NCBI RefSeq assembly: GCF_036321535.1 | Contig: NC_087436.1 | Coordinates: 108,254,001-108,318,000 of the forward strand | Length of the DNA: 64,000 nucleotides | Reading direction: 5' to 3' | Source of the DNA: Camelus dromedarius | Lineage: Eukaryota | Shown here: positions 1 through 13,720 of the stretch, in pieces | Layout: each line of letters opens with the position of its first letter | Numbering within the stretch: the stretch's first letter is position 1 | The notes under the pieces: generated by a model | What the model was told of the DNA's origin: nothing | Databases searched by the model: none | The model's input: only the letters and a program-made list of their open reading frames with translations | Position numbers and translations under genes: made by a program

Positions 1-366
1 TTTAGGCTTTCTTTGGTTTTCATAAAGCTTTCTAAAGGAGTCATCTTCTTATGTCTGATGTGTCCACTTTCATGACTTTCCAAAGCTCAGTGGCTATCCA
101 GAGCATCTGTTTCACTATGTCTTTTTCTTGTAACTTCTCAACACTTTGTGAAAATTGTTCCAGCTTTTATTTATTTTACATCACTTTTGTCTGTCCAACA
201 TCAATTTTTTAAATAAGTAAGTTTTCTAGGATTCACTGAGGAAGAATAAATGAAATACCTAGTTAACATTGTACCTATAATAAATGAGGCACTTATTAAA
301 ATATTTATCTGGTTTATCTTTATTGTCTATCCATACTAAACTCCAACTTAATTTCAGTACATTTGA

Positions 367-570
367 CAGATATGCACTACTATATACAAAATAGATTAAA
401 AAAACAAGGACCTACTGTATAGCACAGAGAACTTTATTCAATATCTTATAATAATTTATAAAAGAAAAGAATCTGAAAAAGAACGTGTGTGTGTGTGTGT
501 GTGTAACTGAATCCCTTTGTTATATACCTGAAACTAACACAATGTTGTAAATACTTCAAGTAAAAAAAAT
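367..570 (+). mobile_element. LINE-1 3' end fragment (cetartiodactyl-type) with internal (TG)n and A-rich tail
   Basis: Contains 'ctactgtatagcacagagaactttattcaatatc...tatacctgaaactaacacaatgttgtaaat' followed by an A-run; typical L1 3' UTR end. Confidence 0.85.
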
Positions 571-904
571 TTTTTAAAACATGGCTTTTCTCCAGAAAGT
601 CGTTATTGATCATCTTATCTTCCCATTGGATATTAAATTTGGGCTTGAATATAACAGATGAAAATGGTCTAAAACAGGATAGGGCAATTAAGCCAGTTAG
701 CAGTCAGGACAAGCTGGACCACATTTTGATGTCATCCTGTATTTGCCTGTTTCATCCTTTAAAAATCAGTTAATCCATAAAGCAAAACAAGCAATTTGCT
801 TTTAGCCCTATTAACAATACATTCATAAAAGAGGAAGACTTTGGACAACAAACAAAGCTGGAATGAGTGGTGCAAACATTTGGTAGCCACCTGGTGAGTT
901 GGAA

Positions 905-1225
905 CAAGCATAATCTTTGGAGACAGACACACTTGAGTTGGGATCCTGGATCTCACCTATGTTGCTTTGAGACTTTGCACGTTATCTACCTTTGCTAGCT
1001 ATAGTTTATCAGAAAGAGGAGAGGCTTGGATAGGGTGACAAATATTTTCTAATTTGCTTGAGTCTTTTCTGGTTTTACTACTGAAAGTCCTACATCCCAG
1101 GAAACCCCTCTGTACCAAATAGTGATGGTTGATCACCCTGCAAAAATGTGAGGATTTAGTCAGATGATAGTTGTGAAATGCCTGTAAACTGGGCTTTGAA
1201 TGAATTGTAGGTATTATATTAATGA
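905..1225 (+). mobile_element. MIR SINE remnants
   Basis: Degenerate MIR 5' part ('ctttggagacagacacacttgagttgggatcctgg') and core/3' part ('gtgaggatttagtcagatgata...gtgaaatgcc'). Confidence 0.55.
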
Positions 1226-1249
1226 TGTTGGTCTTGGAAACATTCTGTT

Positions 1250-1654
1250 TTAGGTTAGGTTCCACAGAATCAGACTCTTGTGCAGGTGGCTTATTGTTAG
1301 GGTGCTCAGGTAGACACAGGAGGGAGTGAGGAGGCAGAGTAGGATAAGGCTAGATTAAGGTGTCAGCCCAGCTGAAGTTTAGCCTCAGCCTGATTCTATG
1401 GAAAATTCTGGCTTGTATGTGGCATGGCAGATGGCACCACAGAGTTGCCTCACTTTGGGGGAAGGGGGCTGGCCATTTGTTTGTTGCATCATTTAGCCAC
1501 TGGCCGTAGGCTACGACAGTTGGGCGTTTCCAAGCAAAGGCGGTTCTTGGGAGAGACTCACAGCTGTGCACTGCTAAGAGCAACACTGTGCACTAAGAAT
1601 GGGCGCCCCAGACTGTGGAGGGGGTCTGAGCAGGTGCCACCAGCGTCTTCTACA
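1250..1654 (-). mobile_element. ERVL LTR, LTR16-like
   Basis: From 'ggttccacagaatcagactc' to 'ggggtctgagcaggtgccaccagcgtcttctaca', colinear with recalled LTR16 consensus in reverse. Confidence 0.7.
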
Positions 1655-3599
1655 ACTGCTCAAGAGTTTCCTGAAAGATCATTCTAGCAGTCAGTTTAAA
1701 TGAGGGAGCCTGCATTCATAATATGTCACTACTAAATGGCTTTTGTTTTGATACATAGCTGTCCAGCTATCTTCCTGATTTACAGAACTTTAACAGAACA
1801 TTTATGGAACATTATTGATTAGTCATCTAGAGGGGATTTTAAACTCCTTCGGAAGATGGTACTATATAGTTATAAATATTGTTGGTTCTCTCTGGCAGGT
1901 GTAGAGGAGAATTCTTCTCTTTTCCCTTAATTTATTAGCTTTCAATAGGACATCTAACACTTGAGATACAAAATAGAAAAGCAATAAAGTTGATTTTTAA
2001 ATCTTGGATGATATAATATGTTAAAGTCCTGTAATTTAAAACAAATGTCAAGGTTAAGTAGAATGCATCTTCTCCAGAGATCCATATAATTTAGAAAATG
2101 TTTTAATTAGTCAGCAGGCTTAACACTGCTGATTGCCCATCAGCAACTAGGAAAAAAAAGAAACAAAAACACTTACAGACAAAGTGCTAAATTACCTCTT
2201 TCACAAGTTGATACACAGGGACTGATTTTAACCTCCTCAGATTTAGAGATTTTTCCAAAAAGACAGTCATATTAATTATTGAAAATTTCAGTAGAGAACG
2301 TATCTACTGACTTGTAAGAACGGAGATATCCAGTTTATGTTTCTAATATTACCTTCCATCTTATGTGTTTCCTAATTTCATTTTTGACATGCACAAAAAA
2401 GGAGTGCATTCAACTCGAAATGATTTTATATTTTTATTAAAATAGTATTTCATTATAAGAGAAAGTCATGTGTTTTAAGTATGGGAAAAAAAATCACATA
2501 AGTATAAACGTTGTGAACCTCACCACAAAATGAGATGGTTGCATGGATTTGTTTTTAAAGTGCAGTTACAAAAAACCACCTGGTACTGCGGCACTCATGA
2601 CAGAGAAATATTTTTGTTATTGGTCTTGTATAAAATAATTATCCTAAAAAATTCCTTTGCAGTAGGGGAAAAAATCTATTTTTTTCTTTTTTTTTTTAAT
2701 AAATGCACATCTGTCTCTTTGTACCTACATATTTATATAAACATATTCCTATTTCAATATCACAGTGATTTCATATTGCAGTTGAATGTTCCAGAACTCA
2801 AAGTCTATCAACACGTTAGAAATACTCAAAGGATACTTATGCGCTAAACACCAAGAGGGTTGCTGAAAATAGAGGTGTACCCTTCATTTTTAACTTACCT
2901 CGTATAATAATTGTCTATATCAAGTTTTGAAAAAAAGTAAGAATTTCTCATACTATGACTTGTACGTTATATTATTGCTGACTATTAACTACTTGATATA
3001 TTTCTATCTAAAATAGAATAAAATCATGTATTTAATAATATATTTTAATACAACATTTAGAAAATAAAGAGACAGAGAAAAATCCCACCTCACACCATAC
3101 GTGTCTTTTAATTTTTTACCCCATTGCCATCATTATTTTTTCCATATGCAAGATTCTTGCCCTCTTCTGACTTTACAGTAATAGCAAGTTAAAAACAAAA
3201 AGCAAAAAACAGTGGTCTTCAAGACCACTTTCTAATTTCCCTTCTCTTTATCCTCTAATTCTAGATGAGGCAAGGCAAGCAGGTTGGTATTCACTTGGGA
3301 GCCTCGGATAACAAGCTAGAAGAGCAGGTTGTCTCCAGACTCTGTCAAAAACCATAAAACCAGCTTCTTTCTTCTGCCAGTGGTTATTGCAGCTCAGAGG
3401 GAACATGCTTTGACAGGAACCTTCAGAAATCACATTTTTAAGGATTTCAACCTCAACTTTTAGACTTTAGACCTGAACGCATACCTACCTTGTAGCCTCT
3501 GGGAAACCATCTCTGGGGTCTTTGCTTATACCCAGGGCACATGGCCCAGTTTCTTCTCAATGAGTGTAACTCATGACTTACCCTCTGGTGACCTGTCCT

Positions 3600-3700
3600 G
3601 CTGTCTTCAATCTGCAGAGACTTGGTTTCTGTCATGTTTAGCCTGGTCCTTAAAAATTATCCAAACGTATTTACTGAATGAATAAACAAATTGATGAATC
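3600..3700 (+). mobile_element. L2 3' terminus
   Basis: Ends in 'tatttactgaatgaataaacaaattgatgaat', the L2 tail signature. Confidence 0.5.
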
Positions 3701-4499
3701 TACTTATCTTATTGTGACATTTTAATTACCTTAGAATCTTTTGATAACCCTTTATTTCATGATCTAGAATTAGCCTACCCAATGAGTCCTATGTAGCTTT
3801 TAAGACATTTGTAAAGAAATGAGAGGTCCTGTGTTCCGTGTATCCCCCATGCATTAATTCATTATACCAACAATTACCGGGCCTCTCTAGTTCCTCCCTT
3901 TACTTCATGTCAGCACTATATAGTAGGTATGCCAAGTGGTTTTGAAATTTAGAGTTTCTTTTTCAGATGTTATTGGAAAAAACATGTAATTTATAACCAT
4001 GTGTTAGGAGTATGCAATGTTCATGTTCCACTGCCAATTTTTCCTTTATAAAGTTAATAAAATTTTCATAAAACACTTTTAAAAAATCAACAATTATTTT
4101 ACCAAATTGTCACCAAATTGTTGCTAATATCTGAAAATATTATTGTGCTAAGTTGTACTATATTCATTCAGACTAAAGTACCTGATCCTAGATATTGATA
4201 TATCACAATATGTAAAGAAAAGGCAAAGGCAAATATTTAAAGAATGAAAACCTTAAAAATAGTTACTAACCAAAGGTGAATTATAAACAAAATACCATAA
4301 TTAAATAATGCAATCATGTTTGTGACATTGCGGTCAGTTTCAGGTCTGTGTAGGACTCAGACCTGCACGTAGGATGTATGACCTCAGAGCCCAAGGTGCA
4401 TTATGTATTTACCAGGAGATTTTTTTATACCAAAGATTACAATGAGAAAAATGATGGCTCCAGAATACTCTTTGAGGTATCTCAGTGCCTCATCCAAAC

Positions 4500-4682
4500 T
4501 GAGTCTTAGAGAGGTCAAGGAACTTGGCCTTTGCCACATACGATTTATTCGTCTGAAAAATGAAGATGGTAATAACACCTCATCTTGGAGCTGGGAGAAT
4601 TAAATGAGCTCAGCTGTAGACAGGGCATTGCACATTGTCTGATATCTAGTAAGTGATCGATATGTGCTGGTTATTAATTATT
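4500..4682 (+). mobile_element. MIR SINE
   Basis: Core 'cgtctgaaaaatgaagatggtaataacacctcatc...gagaattaaatgag' and 3' 'agtaagtgatcgatatgtgctggttatt'. Confidence 0.75.
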
Positions 4683-5529
4683 GCATAGTGGAATGATTAA
4701 ATAAAAGCCTTTGGAGTTTCCTGACAATTGTGAATTGTGAATTCAGCGAAAGCTCAGTCGTCTCTGCTCACTGAACATGATCAAAGTGTAAGTTTCCAGG
4801 ACATGCCATGATTCATTTAATGTCTAGAAAGACCAGACACCCTCAGATTCACAAAGCAATAACAGTCTTGTCTTTTATCTCGTAACACCTGGGATCATGC
4901 ATCAGAGACCATAATGTTGATGATAATACCTCTCTTGGCAGTTGTTTCCAAATCTTTCCACTTAGAACCCTACAAAGGAATCTAAGGATTTACTACTTCC
5001 CAGGGTAACATTAAAAAGTGTAACAAGCCTGGAAGGAGATCTGAGAATATTTCATTATAACAAACCTCATTCAAGAGACTATAAGAAAATGAAAAGACCA
5101 GGAAGATTGATTCCTATGAAATTAAAGAGCTCATGCCATTAGTCCCAGCTTTCAGTCACCCCTCTCATCTCAAACTGAGTTCTCTCAGTTATGGTGTAGA
5201 CTTTTTTAGTTCCTGAACTAATCTTAAAGACACGTGCTTTAACCACTGTCTCAAACTTGTATTCTTGATGCTCTATGTCCCATCTTCAGGTGACCTGTGG
5301 ACACTGGAATTTTAAGGAGCTTTAGCGTATTTTGCACCGTTTCCCCCTCCACTGTGTTTGCAGTGATAGGTTTTATCACTTCTCTTCCCATCCCAAGACA
5401 GACTATGACCTAAACCTAGTCCATTTGTCTGCAGTAAGGGTCAGCAATCAATGATTGTGGACTTTTGATTCTTCCTTCTGTCCCAGCCTGTTTGGTTTTC
5501 ATCAAAGCAATCTCCAAATAGTTACTGCA

Positions 5530-5785
5530 GTGTATCTTCCTTCCAATTCTAGGCAGGAGGAAAGAATAAAAGCCATATGAAGTAAAACCTATGAAAATAC
5601 AGCCTAATTTTTGCAGAAATCCTAAGCAGAGTCTACTTCTCATTGGCCAGAGCAGTGCCACATGACCACTTGTGAGGGCAGCTGGAACAGACACCTAGTG
5701 TAGCTGGCATCTTTCCCACATTCCCAAAACTGAGCTCTGGTTTCTAGGGAGGAGAACCAAAAATGCATTCTGAGTTGCCAACAAA
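5530..5785 (-). mobile_element. MaLR LTR fragment (MLT1-like)
   Basis: 'ctcattggccagagcagtgccacatgaccac...gcagctggaa' resembles the MLT1 hallmark block. Confidence 0.6.
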
Positions 5786-6404
5786 GACTATATAATCATT
5801 CAAAAAAATTTTTTTTATTTGAGCTACAGATGAGTTTCTAAGTGAAGACCAGGAGAAATGCAGAGTTGATGGTTTAATCTGAAGAACCACTGATCTGGGA
5901 TCAGTGAGAGCAATGGCCTGTAATCACTGGGGACAGCAGAGAGTGCCGTTCAATTAAGCACTTCCATTAGTCATTTATAAAATTAATCCTTAGTACTTGA
6001 TGATAATGTATTAAAATTAAGTGCTGATTAGGGCTGACCCCATAGCAGTTTCTTCAGAAAATTAAAAAGAAAAGTTATTTTTTGGGCAATGTTTTGGCTT
6101 CTATTGATGAGATTTGAACCTAGGAAGATACTTTCAGGGAACAGCAGACGTAAATAGGAGCAGGAAGTGGCTGGCCCCTGGGGGTACAGGAGTTAAAGGC
6201 AATGTAAACCTCACTAACTGTGACTAATTAGAAATGCAGATTGATTTCGAGAAGTCTGATTTTACAATATTTGATGTGATTGTCCTGCTTTCCCATTTTT
6301 TGAGTATACAGATTTGGTTTTAAAATCTGACAGAGCAGAAATTTTCAAGGCAGTATGAACGATTTCTATTTTATGCATTACAATTTTCCTCTAAAACTGA
6401 TAAG

Positions 6405-6620
6405 ATAACATGTTGAGCACCTACTATGTGCCAGCTACTGTGGTAGGTTCTTTCTATCCATCACATATTTCTCTTTCATAGTAGTCCTGTAGGATAGGTT
6501 TTATCTCAATTTCACCAGTTAAAAGCCTGAACATCATAGGGTCACCCTACTGGAACTATCAGGGCTAGGATTTTAACCAGTTCTCTGCTGCCCAAGCCCA
6601 CACCTGCTCCATGACACTGC
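6405..6620 (-). mobile_element. MIR SINE
   Basis: 'taacatgttgagcacctactatgtgccag...gggctaggattttaaccag' is a reverse MIR. Confidence 0.75.
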
Positions 6621-8744
6621 ATCACCTTCTATGAGCTGCAGTGTAATATATGCCAAGAAGTCCATTACTCCATGTGGTAGGAAGCATTGATTCTTCTGTC
6701 TTTTTCTTATCTCTCTCTCTCTCTCTCTTTTTTTCTTTTTAATTAATACTACATAGAGTAAGGAGGTGAGGATAGAGGAATATCAGAATAAGTGAGGCAC
6801 TATCTTAGAAAGTTCTTTTCTGTTTTGTGTTTATTTTTAGTATGCTCAGCATATTACCTTACACACGTTTATCATTACCTTGGGAAGTATATATTCATTT
6901 ACTACCATTGACGGAAATTTTACTTAGAAGGAAACTGCAGCCTAGGCATTTTCTGAATGCCACAATCCTCTAAAGAATGGCATCTTAATGAGGTTCAAAA
7001 TTCTGTAGACCAAATTCTGTCATCTAAGTTATACAAATGCATGTAGGAAAAGCATAAAGCAGCTTTGTCCTGTCCCCTGAAAATACATTAAAAAGAACCC
7101 CTTTGTGATTTGGTGTGGGTTATACACAATAAGAAAAAAGCATCTCTCAAAGGTGCTAGATCATTTTGCTTAAATGCATCTGATAATAGAAGAGTGAGTT
7201 GCTAACATTTTGTGGGCAGCTTGGGGTCCTCTGTGCATCCTTTGATAGCATTTCTTTGAAAAGTGTTGATGTTTGTAGAAAATCCATAGAGTTGAAAACC
7301 AGATTGTAAGTTTAGTCTCTGTAAATAGGACCTCCATCATACTAGAATATGATCTAGCCCTAGATCTCATAGAAATCTTATTCATATTTTTGTTCCATGT
7401 GGTATGATGCTTGGGATAATAAGCAATTAAGAATTGTTAAAATGAACTAAAGTTATATGTTCAAATCCCAGAAAGGCACATAACTTCAATTTTATTATAT
7501 ACAGATACTTATTTATATATTTGTCTATGTCTTCATCCTTCCACACTCACATTTATTGACCTATATATCCATCAATCCAAGAAATGTGCCATTAAAGAAA
7601 ATTCTGGTTAATTTCTTGATTTTGTAATATAAGAAGGCCTTATTTTTCTTTGTAGCAATACCATTTATAAAATTAATATAATTTAATTTTCAAATCAAGA
7701 ACAACCCCTTTCTGATTAGTTATGATTATAAAGATTAAACAGGAAATAATTACTGCTGATTTACTAAAATATGTCACAATGACTTGAAGATTGAATTGCT
7801 GTTAATTAATTCAATTGTATAGAGTTTCCTCACTCAAGAAGCAGAGAGTCATGTTTTCCGATTCTTTGCTACACTTCTAAATCCCTGATTTAGGGCAACC
7901 ACAAGCATAGGAACATGCTTTTCACAACAATAATCATTATTCTAGTGATAATGTGAACATTTGTATTCTAAATTGTTTTAAGGAAAAAAGGACAACCTTC
8001 TAAGTCCTGGGAAATGAGGTGATTTTACATCAATGAGTAACTATCTAGGGTATTAGTTATTTTGTGAGGCATTTTTCATTTTTTAGAAAATGTTACAGAG
8101 ATTTGGGAAGTGGTTGGATATTTTCCTTTAAGTTAAAAATGTAAGCCTCTCTGCTCTTCCTTCACATTTGAGTTCATGAGTAGTAGAACATACATATTTT
8201 ATTTCTCCAGTATCTATGATAATATTGGACATAATATAATAACTCAAAAGTTAATTCAGCACTTATCTATGGAACACCTAAAAGGTGTCCAACTATTATT
8301 AGGCATTTTAAAGAATACAGAGCTAAAGTTAGGACTTTCGAATCCTAGAATCTTTCTGTATCATTGGAAAAACAAGATACACAAAACAAATTGATGTAAT
8401 GGCATGAATATTTTTCCATATACTCTGTAAGATTTATATGTAGTTATACAATTAGGAAGAGAAGTTTCCTTCGAGATATTTTTGGGGGTTAAGTTACTCC
8501 TTCTTTTGATAAGTAGTTCTATGTTGATGTTCTCTTTGCTGGTGATGATTTGTCAGCTGGGGCATGGAAATCCACAAAGCTAGCAGAAGGGAAAGATGGA
8601 TATTTGATGGTTTCTAGATGGATTGCTACTGCTTTTTTGGAAAACAGTCTTCCAGAGGGCAAGGACATATCGCTAACTTAGTAAAGTGCCTTTCTGCACA
8701 CATATGATGAATTCATGGTTGTTTAGTTCAGTTAAGATAGAAGT

Positions 8745-9220
8745 CATTTATGGATTCAACAAGTATGTATTGACTTTGTTATGTGTTGGGCTTGTGCTTG
8801 GTACCAAGGAATCCATGGACAGGCAAACCAACATCTTTGTTTCCATGGAGCGTACAATCTGGTGATGGAGACAGACAGCAAGTAGTTCAAGAAATAAGTG
8901 ATAGAAAAATATGGGATGCTATGAGACTGACGGGGGGCTTACTTAGAAGGTTTCTCTGAAAAGGTGATATTTAAAATGAAGCCCAGGAAATGTAAAAGTG
9001 TTAAGCATGTGAAGAATGGGAAGACAGAGGAATAACAGGTATAAAAGCCAAAAAATGGAAAAGAACTTGAGATGTTCACAGAATTGGAAGAAGGAGAAAA
9101 AAGTCACAGTGGCTATAGCATAAGTCAGAAAGTATCACACAAAGTTTGAGGAAAAGTCAGGTGCATGGTGCATTTTACAGTTGTGTGAAGATCTTGGGGT
9201 GTGTGTCCAAAAGGGCTATC
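8745..9220 (-). mobile_element. L2 LINE fragment
   Basis: 'attcaacaagtatgtattga...ccatggagcgtacaatctggtgatgggagacagac' is a reverse L2 3' region. Confidence 0.75.
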
Positions 9221-9663
9221 AGTAAATAGCTCTTATCCCTTATCTGAACCTGAACAAAGAGATGACATGTTAGGGTGAACGGGGAAGCCAAACCATCTGC
9301 TCAGTGTGGGAGCAAAATGGTCCCAGCTCGGGAACACAAAAAGATGGACACTACCAATCCATTCACAAGAAGAACGGGACCAAGGCAGGCCTAGCTGAGG
9401 GGCAGGTGAGACGAGGACCAAGCACAGCACAGCCTGCCAACTAGGTCTTCCAAGCTCGCCATCAGATGTGTTTCACACCTTTTCAGTTAAGGAGCGGGGA
9501 AGGACCAGACTCACACCACACCTGAGTCTCTCACGGGAAGGAAACATTCTGATGGTAAAGAAACGTGGCAGGAATAATATAAAATTTGGATGTTGTCTAA
9601 ATCCACCTTAAGGTTTTAAGGGAGATATACATGATCCAATGCATATCTGTTGTGAAAAGAGTA

Positions 9664-9868
9664 CATTTGATCCTTGAGTAATGCAGGGGTTGGTGGCCCT
9701 GACACTCCCACTGTCAAAAATCTGAGTGTAACTTGTAGTTGGCCCTCTGTATCCGTGGTTCCTCCATATCATGACAGATTGTGTAGTATTGTATTCTTTA
9801 CTATGGAAAAAAATCTGCATATAAGTGGACCCATGCAGTTCAAACTAGTGTTGTTCAAGGGTCAGCTG
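9664..9868. mobile_element. Tigger2-derived MITE (TcMar-Tigger; Tigger2a/MER8-like)
   Basis: Imperfect TIRs 'catttgatccttgagtaa' and 'ttgttcaagggtcagctg'; TA on both sides (9662-9663, 9869-9870); contains 'aatctgcatataagtggacccatgcagttcaaac'. Confidence 0.88.
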
Positions 9869-10094
9869 TACTTCAGGGGCTCAATATAATTATGCCGGAA
9901 AGAGGAAGATCCTAAATATTATTTAGAACTAAATCATATCAAATCACCATTATCAATGCAATTTTATATTTAATATAGCATATGACAGTGAAAAGAGTAA
10001 AAAAGAAAACTTATAGAATTAGAGAATTAATCACTTCTAGCAACAGAGGCACTGACATATTAAAAAAAAAAAGACCACAGAAGTAAAGATCAAA

Positions 10095-10315
10095 AGCAAA
10101 ATACCTTGTACTATGTGCATTGCCTGATGTTCTGGGTGTTTAACAAATATTAATTCACTTAATGCACTTATAACCTACTGAGGTTAGAATTATGATTTTT
10201 CACCCCCACTTTAGAGATGAAGAGCTCAAACATTAGAAGATTTGAGAGTTTCGTCTGAGGTCAAACAGGTAGTAACGAGCAGAGGTAGGATATTTGGTTT
10301 TAACTGCTCTGCTAC
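10095..10315 (-). mobile_element. MIR SINE
   Basis: Reverse core 'cccactttagagatgaagagctc...gaggtcaaacaggtagtaa'. Confidence 0.7.
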
Positions 10316-12059
10316 AGGTGAATAGGTTGGGGATGAGGATGTAAGGATGAGATTGCATTTTCTTTGTCTTAATTTTTGTTTTGCTGCTTTGGGTAGAAAG
10401 AACTAGTCATAACAAGAATATACTGTGATGGAGGAGCATGAATTTTGCTATATTCATAATTGCTTAATAACATTGTCTCATCATACTGTTCATTAGAAAA
10501 AAATTGTGAAGAGGTTTTAAAACAATGCCTACTGTGACTTTTTTCTGGAGTTTCTGAAGAGTTAAATGTAACTCCTTAGTCAGTTGGCTTGGGGGCATGA
10601 CAATGTGTAGACTGAAGTAAAATATCCTAATGCCTATTATATTAAAATAGTCTTTTATTTTACAATCACCTGTCAACTCATTTGCCTCTGTTAATGTAGC
10701 TTTAACTATGACAGACACGGGTTGAAGTAATTAGTGTTTAAAATGTCTCTGGAAATTGTGCTATGTTTTCCCCATCACCCCCTAGAGAAGGTAGATGAGT
10801 TGATACACTGTCTTGAAAGACAGCAGGCTTCTAAGAGCTATTTGATGGCCCACTGTTTTTTATTGTAATGTTCTCTACAGGTGTGTGGGTTTTTTTTTTT
10901 GTTTTTTTGTTTTTTTTTTTGCAATTCACATGTGCTTTCCAGATTGTCTGGAACCTCTAAAAAAGACACATCATTGAGACAACTTCCGTCCACTTCATGG
11001 GTGGAAATTACGCTGGCTGCTAGGAAGAGAATGCTGGAAGGTGGTGAAGAGTGAAAGTGGTGGGAGCACTTGATAAACTATTTCAGTAGCCCAGACAAGA
11101 AATGATGGTGCCTCAAATAGTAGAATCAAGATATTTTTGATAAGCACGCTAAGACTTGTCTATAGATTGAGCAATGCAAGAAAGGACCAAATCCAGAATT
11201 TGGCCACTTAGAATTATTGGCTGGTCTGTTCTAACCACATGGACACCTTACAGGGGGTTCTATTGTGTAATTTCAGATACAAGCCTATTAGAACCTCATT
11301 TCTGATATAGACAAAAGACCAGTACACTTTCTGAAAAAAATCTTTGTAGCCCCTATAAGGATATTTAGAATCTCTTCTTGAAGGCAAATAAACACTGTCT
11401 TTAGCTGGTACTTTGCCAAGCTTAACTCCTAAGGACCAATGCTCCAGCAAAAGAAACAGTGTTTATCTCATCAGACATAGGACCACTCCCAAGCATTATT
11501 GGACCTGGTCAAGCACCCTGCTGGTGGAGCCATTGGAAATGCTGTCTACTAACAGGTTCCTTTCATAGCCTGTCTTTCCACCCTCTGCAGTGAGGGTACA
11601 TTTTGTCAGGTCCTTTCTGCATCAGAGGCCTCAAGGAGTAGAGAGACTGAGAGCTGATCGTGAACTAAGGGCCATGGGGACTGATTCCTCTGCTCTTACC
11701 TCCTCTGCTCACCCTCGCCTGCTACCCCCACTGCTGTGTCCCTGCCACAGAGGTGCTGTTCAGTCTATTTGTGTTTTCTTGATGACTAGAGAGGGTTAAG
11801 TTCTCCTCGTGCTACACAGAAAACGCAGTGGTTCATCTTAATGTCTTAGAACTGATTGCAGAGAAAAAGAAAGAATAAATGGAGGAAAGCACTTTCCTTT
11901 AACTTACTCCTCGGAGCATTGTTGGGCTTGAATCCTAAGTGCTCACGCTTGTTTATGCATTTGCCCAAGCCACTTAACTGGTTCCGTGGAAAGTCAATGA
12001 ATATTTGATGGAGTGAGTGGGTGTGCTGTATTTGATTGTAATGAAAATGCAGAGAAGAG

Positions 12060-12310
12060 GCACTGTGGAAACGTGTGGGAGAGTGGAATAGGCACAGGAT
12101 TTGGAATAAAAAAAGACCTGATTTGGGAAGTCCCATTTTTATATCTTACGAGCTATATGACCTTGGGCCAGGCTCTAAACTTCCCAAAGCTTTAGTTGTC
12201 CTGTGTGTGAGATGGGACTAGTAATGCCTAGTCATTGAATCTTGAGTGGAATAAATAGAATATGTCTGTGTTGAGCGTATAGCAGACCCCACAATAAATG
12301 GTAGGAGTTG
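12060..12310 (+). mobile_element. MIR SINE
   Basis: 'agctatatgaccttgggccagg...ctgtgtgtgagatgggactagtaatgcc...aataaatggtag'. Confidence 0.75.
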
Positions 12311-12874
12311 TAACAGAAGTCTCATATTTTGAATCTTCTCTAGTGGGTCACAGAAGCCTATGGAAGCAGAGTGTAACTATAAAGTGATGTATACTAGTGG
12401 TGACATTGCATTCACATCACTGGGTGTTTCTTCAACCTTTGTTGAGGGAAACTTGAACTTACCTACAGTGTTCTTCATTTCAGCGAATACTCACTGAATG
12501 TCCATCAGTATGGCAGCAACAGGGTTAAGTACTATAGGTGAAAAAATAGTAAGACAAGATTCTTGACCCTGAAGGAGGGTAGGAACAAAACCCATATCCT
12601 GTAAGATAAAAATCAGTGAAAAATAGAAACTTAACCAGTTTATTGAAAAGCCTCAATTCTTTGGAGCATAAATGTGAAATGACCTTTTTTTTTCAGCAAC
12701 CACCTCATTTTAATATGCCCCACGTCTTGCCCCTTAATGACATCTTGGGAATCTTCTAGAACTTTTTTGATCAATTTCAGCTATTAAAGTTTAGTACTTT
12801 GAAACTTCTTTTCACATGTTTGGTTCAAAACTCTCTACCTCCCCTCCCCTTTCTTTTATGACCTAGCTCCTCCA

Positions 12875-13720
12875 GTATGTGAGGCAGCATGAGGGGGAGA
12901 GAAAAAGGCTTCACTCCTGTGGTTTATTTGGAGAGAAAGTCCCTAATTCCACTGGGATGTAGCTGTTTCTGAGTGTGTGGCGCTCATGGTCTTCCTCGGT
13001 GTTGATATTCAGCTTCCGTGGCCCTGTGTCCCGTGAGAACTCGTCACCTCTGGGAGACTAGTCCACTGGCCAGGCAGCCCTGGAACCTTCATTACGCTTC
13101 ACGTGGAGTCATGGACATCCTGTGAGTGTCCCATGGACTTAGGATAAGCTGCACCCACTTTCCCCTAGACACACTGCACCACATTATTTGTACACGCAGG
13201 CTGCTCTACCGATTCTTCAGTTTTCGTCATTCTCCAGACTTCAACCAGGCATCAGTCTCTATCATCATGTCTCTTCCTAAACTCCAGCTCTTCCCAGGCA
13301 CAGATCACCAGGCTCTTCTCTGATTTGCTGGCAGTACCAAGGTGGGCCTGGGGGTTCCGCACCCAAGCAGCCTGAAGCAGGAGAAACAGATGTAAGTCTT
13401 CCCTTCTTATGGCCACCCCAGATATTGCCTAGTGACTCATGGTGTCACCTACCAATTTAGTTTGAAGGGTTGTGGGAGATAAGAGGGAAGAAACCCTACC
13501 AATCTTGCCTCTTCTGTCTTTCCCCCCAGGTCCTCTCATCAGTTTTCAGTGGGTAGAAGTAGAGGAGGCATTGCTGTTGGTGGGACCTGTTCTGCTCTTT
13601 TGGAATGCACACGTGGTGCCATCTGACCCGTTGGAGTTGAGTTACTTAACACTCTGACTCAGCTTTGGGCTATAAGAAGAGACTCAACATCATAGAGCAG
13701 ATACCAGTATCATTCTCTAC
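12875..13720. mobile_element. Probable ancient LTR remnant, family unresolved
   Basis: GC-richer block starting with TG and having 'tttatt' near the left end; composition resembles old LTRs; no TSD found. Confidence 0.3.
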
